From the NCBI GenBank assembly GCA_947576945.1, contig CANPTH010000023.1, positions 5,050 to 37,049 on the forward strand: DNA of 32,000 nucleotides, read 5' to 3'. This document shows positions 17,487-23,911 of the stretch, one piece after another. Made by a program: the position numbers and the translations under genes. Every line of letters starts with the position of its first letter. The stretch's first letter is position 1. Source of the DNA: an uncultured Lachnospiraceae bacterium (lineage in GTDB: Bacteria > Bacillota > Clostridia > Lachnospirales > Lachnospiraceae). The notes beneath the pieces were generated by a model. It made no database searches. It was not told where the DNA came from and was given only the letters and a program-made list of their open reading frames with translations.

Positions 17487-17627
17487 GGAGCTTATGTATT
17501 GTTCCTCGGGCCCGTTTCCACTCGGCTCCAAACGCAACGGTACTAAGCTCGTGAGTTGCCCTGCAACTCAATACCTCGCTAAGTGCCGGCGTTTTCCAAC
17601 GTCCCTCAGAACAAAATCATAAGCTCC
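17487..17627 (+). repeat. Palindromic repeat element, copy 1 (imperfect terminal inverted repeats, 81-nt conserved core)
   Basis: The core CTCGGCTCCAAACGCAACGGTACTAAGCTCGTGAGTTGCCCTGCAACTCAATACCTCGCTAAGTGCCGGCGTTTTCCAACG matches the reverse complement of 19851-19931 with 4 differences. The arms GGAGCTTATG.. and ..CATAAGCTCC pair perfectly for 10 bp, then partially. It lies 90 nt downstream of the BlaR1-like gene a. Confidence 0.8.
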
Positions 17628-17716
17628 TCCGCTGTTCAGCGATATAAATCGGTAAGCGCTTAAATAATCGACTGCTTACTGCTAATTGTATAGCAACTTG
17701 AGAAACTATGTAAATC

Positions 17717-19135
17717 TTATTCGATAACAGTTCCCTTAATCTGCAAATCTCTGGAGTCATCAAGGTTCGTCACAAAGAAATAATACCTACCTTCTATTGT
17801 AACCTCAAAATCATGTTGCAAAGTCCCTGTCCCTTCCACATATCTCATAAGTTCACTAGAGTCCCTAACACCTATTTGATATTGGATGTCTTCTGGCTCT
17901 CCCACCATCGTAATTGTAATCTTACTACCTTCCTCTTCAAAATATCCAGAAAACATCCCTGTCTCACCCGGCCCAATCAACCAATCTATACCTCTGAAAT
18001 CTCCTATTAATTCAACATTATCATCCTCCAATGTAATTATATTTGCTGTGTTCAAATTATCCATTTCATAAACTTCATCGGTCACTCCATTGTCATTCAC
18101 AGCAACTGCATAATCTATATCAGCTATGTTATCCTCTTCCTCCGCTCTAATATCCGTCGCTTGTGCCGCTATTGCATAGGCCTTTGTCATACAAGCTCCC
18201 ACTGCCAAGGCCGCTATACTACTGCCAATCAGGAAACATATCGACAATACCACTGCCGTTCCTTTCTTAATACCTCCGTGCTCATGATACCGCCTCATGC
18301 ACAGCACTCTCTTTTCGTAATCACACATCGTATCCGCCAGCATGAACAAATTATATCGCTCTCTATTTTCTTCATTTAATACACTCAGGATTGTCTCAAA
18401 ATATTCTTTTTCCCCGAACAGTTCCGCACCTTCCTGACACGCCCGCCTGTCACAGTATTCTTCACACGCCAAAGCCAGTTGCTTTGAAAGCCTCGACACA
18501 AACGGGTTAATCGCATGTAACAGAGTTACAATACAACTTACAGTTCCTACAAGTATATCCCTGTTCAAATAATGGCACAATTCATGATAAAGAATGACGG
18601 CCGTCTCCTCTCGCGAATACCGTTCTAACGGCAATACTACCGCATATCCATGCCAGTAGACCATATACGCCATCTTCACTGAATCATTTCGATACAGCGA
18701 TACTTTACCAGCTATGCCAAGACGCTCACATATTTCCCTGAACATCACCTCTGTCTCTGCATCCTCCTCCGGAATATTGCCATCAAATACACTCATACGC
18801 TGATGTCTCATGTACAGCTTACGCCCAAGCCTCACCGCAAACGAAAATAACCAGGCAAAACCCAGTATTGCAAATAGCATTTGCATCATGGGAGTATTAT
18901 AGAACAAATTAATAGTACTACCCGCTATCGGCCTCCTCATTCTTTCCAAAATGTACAATATGGCATACACACATGGCAGTAGAAAAGCCCATTGTGTTAT
19001 CTGCATCTGCAGGCGTAGTATCCTGATATCATTGCCAAGCCATATCCTATCGAATATAAGCCCTACCAGATAAAATACACTTCCTGTAACCGTCGTCAAT
19101 ATTAATACTACAAACAGGTTATTCATCCAATCCAT
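17717..19135 (-). CDS. BlaR1/MecR1-family M56 zinc-metalloprotease signal transducer (paralog a) with a short non-PBP C-terminal extracytoplasmic domain
   Basis: It has N-terminal TM helices, the HExxH motif (YHELCHYLNRD), a late TM (GTAVVLSICFLIGSSIAALAV), an acidic linker and a ~100-aa C-terminal domain. Its start overlaps the blaI-like stop by 17 nt, the classic blaI-blaR1 coupling. Confidence 0.85.
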   Translation of the reverse strand: MDWMNNLFVVLILTTVTGSVFYLVGLIFDRIWLGNDIRILRLQMQITQWAFLLPCVYAILYILERMRRPIAGSTINLFYNTPMMQMLFAILGFAWLFSFAVRLGRKLYMRHQRMSVFDGNIPEEDAETEVMFREICERLGIAGKVSLYRNDSVKMAYMVYWHGYAVVLPLERYSREETAVILYHELCHYLNRDILVGTVSCIVTLLHAINPFVSRLSKQLALACEEYCDRRACQEGAELFGEKEYFETILSVLNEENRERYNLFMLADTMCDYEKRVLCMRRYHEHGGIKKGTAVVLSICFLIGSSIAALAVGACMTKAYAIAAQATDIRAEEEDNIADIDYAVAVNDNGVTDEVYEMDNLNTANIITLEDDNVELIGDFRGIDWLIGPGETGMFSGYFEEEGSKITITMVGEPEDIQYQIGVRDSSELMRYVEGTGTLQHDFEVTIEGRYYFFVTNLDDSRDLQIKGTVIE

Positions 19136-19499
19136 CGATCAGTCTGTGAATCCTTTCGATCTCATCCTGTCGTAACGGTCTTCCCTGTGCCAGCGCATAT
19201 AGGAATTCATCTGCATTGTTATGATTCCAGAAATCCACATAGTCATTCGTCAACTGCCCCTTGTATTCTTCCAGGGGAATCAATATCTGATAGAAAAACA
19301 CACGTCCCTGGCGATAATGCCTCAGATACCCTTTCCTTACCAACCTGGCCAGGAACGTGGATACCGTCTGTGGTTTCCAATCTTTGTGGTACTTATCATT
19401 CACCCGCTGCATGATCTCCATCAGGCTCAGTTCATCCTCTGCATCCCATACCGTCTTCATTACCAACTGTTCACAATCCGTTAGACTCGCCAGTGTCAT
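19119..19499 (-). CDS. BlaI/MecI/CopY-family winged-helix transcriptional repressor (paralog a)
   Basis: MTLASLTDCEQLVMKTVWDAEDELSLMEIMQRVNDKYHKDWKPQTVSTFLARLVRKGYL is the penicillinase-repressor fold pattern. The start is ATG 19499 after AGGAGGCAGAT. The track's extra 8 codons are unlikely to be translated. Confidence 0.9.
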   Translation of the reverse strand: MTLASLTDCEQLVMKTVWDAEDELSLMEIMQRVNDKYHKDWKPQTVSTFLARLVRKGYLRHYRQGRVFFYQILIPLEEYKGQLTNDYVDFWNHNNADEFLYALAQGRPLRQDEIERIHRLIDGLDE

Positions 19500-19819
19500 A
19501 TCTGCCTCCTGTATTCTCCACAATTAGCATTGTAGTTATAGTATTTGAAATTGCATCATACTTCATATACTATTTTATTGTTCATGGAATAGCAAGTATT
19601 TTTTTAGGCAAACTGACTGTAAAAATAAACTGTTTGTGTAGTTTTCTCGACAGGTTTCGACATATTTTCAGCAAAAACTCTGTATAAAGCAAAACATTAT
19701 ACTGATATAATTTATTTTAAAAGGTAAAAACTGGCAATTTGCATTTTAATTCATATAGGAGTTTTTATTTATGTTTAACATCGGATTGTTTTATGCAACT
19801 AAATTCATAACTATATACA

Positions 19820-19971
19820 GCGCCTGACATTATGTATTTGTCCTGAGAACCGTTGGAAAACGCCGGCACTTAGCGAGGTATTGAGTTGCGGAGCAACTCA
19901 CGAGCTTAGTACCGCTGCGTTTGGAACCGAGCGAAAGCGCGTTCTCAGGACAAATACATAATGTCAGGCGC
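19820..19971 (-). repeat. Palindromic repeat element, copy 2 (perfect 31-bp terminal inverted repeats), inverted relative to copy 1
   Basis: GCGCCTGACATTATGTATTTGTCCTGAGAAC (19820-19850) is the exact reverse complement of 19941-19971. The 90-nt interior carries the same core as copy 1, including the internal hairpin GAGTTGC-NNN-GCAACTC. Confidence 0.85.
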
Positions 19972-20000
19972 GTCCGGCTTAAGACTAAAAATCCTTTAAT

Positions 20001-20051
20001 ATAGAAAACAGGAAGTATCCTGGACAATAACAGTCTTGAATACTCCCTGTT
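20001..20051 (-). terminator. Probable rho-independent terminator of the BlaI/BlaR1 module b
   Basis: The minus strand reads AACAGGGAGTAT-(21-nt loop)-ATACTTCCTGTT followed by TTCTATATT. This is a 12-bp stem with one mismatch, ~80 nt after the stop at 20131. Confidence 0.5.
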
Positions 20052-20130
20052 TCATTCTATTAAGCGTAGGCCTTTCTATTCCTGACCATCTATCTTTGCA
20101 CATTTCTAATGCTAAAAAGTACACTCTGTC

Positions 20131-21555
20131 CTATTTTATAACAGTTCCTTTCACTTGAATCTCTCTGGACTTATCTATATTCGTTACAAAGAAATAATAT
20201 CTTCCTTTTATTGAAACTTGAAAATCATGGCAGAGAGTTCCTGTACCTTCCACATATCTCATAAGTTCATTGGGATCTTTTACGCCCATCTGATATTTGA
20301 TGTCATTCGGTTCACCTACCGTCGTAATTGTAATTTTGCTGCCTACATCTTTCGAAAATCCGGAAGTCATAACCGTCTTGCCCGGCTCGAGCGGCCAATC
20401 TATAGCAATAAAGTCTCCCACTGTCTCAAGATCATCTTCGCCCATCATGGTCACGTCATCCGGGTTCAGATCATACATTCTCGCAAACTCCTCAATCACT
20501 TCCTCATCGCTCATCTCAACAGCCTCTCCGTCGAGCTCCACAGCCACCGCGTTATCCTCGGCTCTTGCATCTGTCGCTTCCGCCGCCTTTGCATAAGCCT
20601 CCGTCATACCATCTCCAGCTGCCAAAGCCGTTATACTGCTCCCAATCAGGAAACACACTGACAGAACCACCGCTGTCCCCTTCTTAATTCCACCATGCTC
20701 ATGATATCTCTTCATACACTGTACTCTCCTTTCAAATTCCCCTATCGTATCTGCCAACGCAAACAAGTTATACCGCTCTCTTTTTCTTTCCCCAGACAGC
20801 ATCTTCAATATCGTACGGAAATACTCCTTCTCACTGAACATCTCTGCGCCTTCCTGACATGCACGCCTGTCGCAGTACTCCTCACATGCCAGATCCAGCT
20901 GCCTCAACATGATCGGCACCAGGGGATTAAAGACATGCAGTAAGGACACAATGCAGCTCACTGTCCCTACGTAGAGATCTCGATTCAGATAATGACACAA
21001 TTCATGATAGAGAATGACAGCTGTCTCCTCTTTCGTGTACCGTTCCAGCGGCAGAACAACTGCATATCCATGCCAGTAAGTCATGTACGACATTTTTGCA
21101 GAATCGTTCCGATATAATGATACCTTACCGGTAATCCCCAGTTGACTGCAGATTCTCTCAAACATCGCTTGCGTCTCGGCATCTTCCTCCGGGATATTGC
21201 CATCGAACATTCTCATCCAATAGCCCCGCTTATACATCTTACGTATAAATAATACCACGAACAGAAATAACCATATACAAGCCAGCGCCGCGCACAGCTT
21301 TCTCATTGACGGTGTATTGTAGAACAGATTAATAGTGCTGCCTGCTATCGGCCTCCTCACTCTTTCTCGAATATACAATACAACATACACACATGGCAAC
21401 AGAAAAGCCACTTGCGTCATCTGCATCTGCAGGCGCAGAACCCTGACATCATTTCCCGACCATATTCTGCCAAACACAAGTCCTGTCAAATAGAATACAC
21501 TCCCTGTAACTGTCGTCAGCGTCAATATTACGAACAGGTTATTCATCCAATCCAT
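20131..21555 (-). CDS. BlaR1/MecR1-family M56 zinc-metalloprotease signal transducer (paralog b)
   Basis: Collinear with paralog a and has the same YHELCHYLNRD motif. The C-terminal domain is conserved between the paralogs (GSKITIT.VGEP.DI.YQ.GV.D..ELMRYVEGTGTL.HDF.V.I.GRYYFFVTN). The acidic linker has diverged. Confidence 0.85.
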   Translation of the reverse strand: MDWMNNLFVILTLTTVTGSVFYLTGLVFGRIWSGNDVRVLRLQMQMTQVAFLLPCVYVVLYIRERVRRPIAGSTINLFYNTPSMRKLCAALACIWLFLFVVLFIRKMYKRGYWMRMFDGNIPEEDAETQAMFERICSQLGITGKVSLYRNDSAKMSYMTYWHGYAVVLPLERYTKEETAVILYHELCHYLNRDLYVGTVSCIVSLLHVFNPLVPIMLRQLDLACEEYCDRRACQEGAEMFSEKEYFRTILKMLSGERKRERYNLFALADTIGEFERRVQCMKRYHEHGGIKKGTAVVLSVCFLIGSSITALAAGDGMTEAYAKAAEATDARAEDNAVAVELDGEAVEMSDEEVIEEFARMYDLNPDDVTMMGEDDLETVGDFIAIDWPLEPGKTVMTSGFSKDVGSKITITTVGEPNDIKYQMGVKDPNELMRYVEGTGTLCHDFQVSIKGRYYFFVTNIDKSREIQVKGTVIK

Positions 21556-21919
21556 CGATCAATCTGTGAATCCTTTCGATCTCATCCTGTCGTAACGGTC
21601 TTTCCTGTGCAAGTGCATATAGAAACTCATCCGCATTATTATGATTCCAGAAGTCCACATAATCATTCGTCAGCTGCCCCTTGTACTCTTCCAGGGGGAT
21701 CAGGATCTGATAGAAGAATACGCGCCCCTGGCGGTAATGCCTCAGATATCCTTTTCTCACCAGCCGGGCCAGGAACGTAGATACCGTCTGCGGTTTCCAA
21801 TCCTTATGGTACTTATCGTTCACCCGCTGCATGATCTCCATCAGGCTCAGCTCATCCTCTGCATCCCATACTGTCTTCATTACCAACTGTTCACAATCCG
21901 TTAGACTCGCCAGTGTCAT
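21539..21919 (-). CDS. BlaI/MecI/CopY-family transcriptional repressor (paralog b)
   Basis: It differs from paralog a at a single residue (AQGRP vs AQERP) and has the same RBS and start context at 21919. Confidence 0.9.
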   Translation of the reverse strand: MTLASLTDCEQLVMKTVWDAEDELSLMEIMQRVNDKYHKDWKPQTVSTFLARLVRKGYLRHYRQGRVFFYQILIPLEEYKGQLTNDYVDFWNHNNADEFLYALAQERPLRQDEIERIHRLIDGLDE

Positions 21920-22294
21920 ATCTGCCTCCTGTATTCTCCACAATTAGCATTGTAGTTATAGTATTTAATGTTTCATCACAATTCAATACTATTTTATTAT
22001 CCGTAGAATAGCAAGCGATTTTTTTAGATATGGTACTATTAAATTAAACTGTTTGTGTAGTTTTCTCGACAGGTTTCGACATATTTTCGGCAAAAGCATC
22101 TTCCCTGTTGCATATCTGATTTAGATAAGGTAAAATGCTTTATTACCTGCTCTTATTTTATGAGGTATCCACAGTGTTTTCTTGATTTAATTTTAATTGT
22201 AGTTCAAATTAATGTTTTGTTTCAATCTGTTGTAGCCGGAAACTCTCCGCTTATTTTACCCGGGTACATATATAGAAGGGAGATACATTGTAAC

Positions 22295-23725
22295 ATGAAA
22301 AACATTCATAAGAATCCTATGACAACGCCACAGGCACAATCCGGTTTCCTACGCAGATTTATCGGTGATAAAGCCTTCTATAAAATGGTTCTGGCCATTG
22401 CGGTACCGATCATGATCCAGAACGGTATCACAAATTTCGTAGGTTTACTGGATAATATTATGATCGGCCGGGTCGGTACGGAACCGATGTCCGGCGTTGC
22501 TATCGTCAACCAGCTAATCTTCGTTTATAACCTGTGCCTTTTCGGCGGCGTATCCGGCGCCGGCATATTCACAGCACAATATTTTGGTCAGAAAAATCAG
22601 GAGGGCATTCGTCAGACCGTGCGTTTTAAGATATGGATCGTTACGGTGATCACACTGTTCACTACGGGGCTTTTTCTGTTTGCAGGGGATAACCTGATCC
22701 AATTCTATCTGCAGGGGGAGGGCACCGCCGAAAGCGCTGCCGCCACTTTGCATTACGGAAAACAGTACCTTTGGATCATGCTGACCGGTCTGCTGCCCTT
22801 CATGATGGTACAGGTCTATTCCAGTACGCTGCGCGAATGCGGACAGACTCTGCTTCCCATGAAAGCCGGTATTGTGGCGGTATGTATCAATCTGGTCCTG
22901 AACTATATCCTGATCTATGGTAAATTCGGTGCGCCAGCGCTGGGCGTACAGGGCGCCGCCATCGCTACGGTCATTTCCCGTTATGTGGAGGCTGCCATTA
23001 TTCTGCTGCATACGCACAGGCACAGGGAGCAGAATCCTTTTGTTGAAGGTCTGTATTCTACCTTGAAAGTCCCCGGCCATCTGGCGCAGAAGATTCTGAT
23101 CAAGGGAACTCCTCTTCTTTTAAACGAGACACTATGGGCGGCGGGCATGGCAATGCTGTCACAGTGCTATTCCGTCCGTGGTTTGAACGTTATTGCCGCG
23201 CAAAACATTTCTAATACGATTGGTAATGTGTTTAATATCGTATTTATTGCACTGGGCGATTCCGTAGCCATCATCGTAGGACAGTTACTGGGAGCAGGCA
23301 GGATGGCCGAAGCAAGAGATCAGGACAACAAACTGATCGCCTTTTCCGTATTCTGCTGCACCTGCGTAGCATTGGTGATGCTGATCCTGGCCCCGTTCTT
23401 CCCGCAGTTGTACAATACCGAGGCAGATGTACGGGAACTGGCCAAATACTTTATTATGATCACTGCGGTCTTCATGCCGCAGAATGCCTTCCTGCACGCC
23501 TCCTACTTCACGCTCCGCTCCGGCGGCAAGACCATCGTTACCTTCCTGTTCGACAGCGTGTTCATCTGGTGTGTCAGCGTGACCATCGCCTTCACATTAA
23601 GCCGCTTCACTGCTCTGCCGGTCACTGCGGTCTTTATCCTCGTACAGGCAGGAGATATCATTAAGTGTATCATCGGTTTCGTATTGGTGAAGAAGGGCGT
23701 CTGGCTGCAGAATATAGTAGCATGA
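22295..23725 (+). CDS. MATE-family multidrug/toxin efflux transporter
   Basis: It begins MKNIHKNP...FYKMVLAIAVPIMIQNGITNFVGLLDNIMIGRVG, a typical MATE N-terminus, and has ~12 hydrophobic segments. The start is ATG 22295 after AAGGGAG. The 45 upstream codons in the track look non-coding. Confidence 0.85.
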   Translation: MKNIHKNPMTTPQAQSGFLRRFIGDKAFYKMVLAIAVPIMIQNGITNFVGLLDNIMIGRVGTEPMSGVAIVNQLIFVYNLCLFGGVSGAGIFTAQYFGQKNQEGIRQTVRFKIWIVTVITLFTTGLFLFAGDNLIQFYLQGEGTAESAAATLHYGKQYLWIMLTGLLPFMMVQVYSSTLRECGQTLLPMKAGIVAVCINLVLNYILIYGKFGAPALGVQGAAIATVISRYVEAAIILLHTHRHREQNPFVEGLYSTLKVPGHLAQKILIKGTPLLLNETLWAAGMAMLSQCYSVRGLNVIAAQNISNTIGNVFNIVFIALGDSVAIIVGQLLGAGRMAEARDQDNKLIAFSVFCCTCVALVMLILAPFFPQLYNTEADVRELAKYFIMITAVFMPQNAFLHASYFTLRSGGKTIVTFLFDSVFIWCVSVTIAFTLSRFTALPVTAVFILVQAGDIIKCIIGFVLVKKGVWLQNIVA

Positions 23726-23911
23726 GCCACATTACTGTTCACGGTGCCCCGCACTCTGCTGCCGGATATCCGGCCGATAACTTTACAGTTTCAGACATCC
23801 AGTCCCTCGCCGAAGGCAGCCTGGAATGAGCAGTGGTACGCCGTTCGTGTGCAAAGTGGTATAATGCTGAAAGATATGGATGTTTAGAAAGAGTCTGACA
23901 GGAGAAAACAT

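Noticed and set aside
17157-17490. The GGA-rich tract as a CsrA-sponge-type sRNA.
   Set aside because: About 17 GGA triplets is only roughly twice what the G/A-rich composition would itself produce. I cannot show that the motifs sit in hairpin loops. I kept this only as a compositional oddity.
17157-17622. ORFs 17157-17537 (minus strand) and 17389-17622 (plus strand); also 19830-20027 (minus strand).
   Set aside because: They run across the skewed spacer and the palindromic repeat. The similar peptide pieces (…ATQYLAKCRRFPT…) simply reflect translation of the repeat core. No RBS or coherent protein features are present.
19493-19687. The 64-aa plus-strand ORF in the blaI-a upstream region.
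   Set aside because: The equivalent frame upstream of blaI-b is interrupted by a stop after ~33 codons, even though the flanking blocks are conserved. The conservation is therefore at the DNA (regulatory) level, not coding.
19771-19827. An 18-codon mini-ORF (MFNIGLFYATKFITIYSA) with an AGGAG 9 nt upstream, reading into the left arm of element copy 2.
   Set aside because: It is too short to support from sequence alone, lies in an AT-rich spacer where such ORFs arise by chance, and has no equivalent next to copy 1.
19820-19971. The palindromic element as an integron attC site, or as a promoter-carrying inverton.
   Set aside because: The ends do not match the attC R''/R' consensus (RYYYAAC / GTTRRRY) and no integrase is nearby. 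The 90-nt interior is GC-rich and contains no convincing -35/-10 pair in either orientation. DNA inversion itself is not excluded (see findings), only the promoter-switch model.
22160-22294. The 45-codon N-terminal extension of the MATE ORF, and the 28-codon extension of the tkt N-subunit (28359-28442).
   Set aside because: Both extensions lack family similarity. The internal ATGs have proper RBSs and give canonical N-termini.
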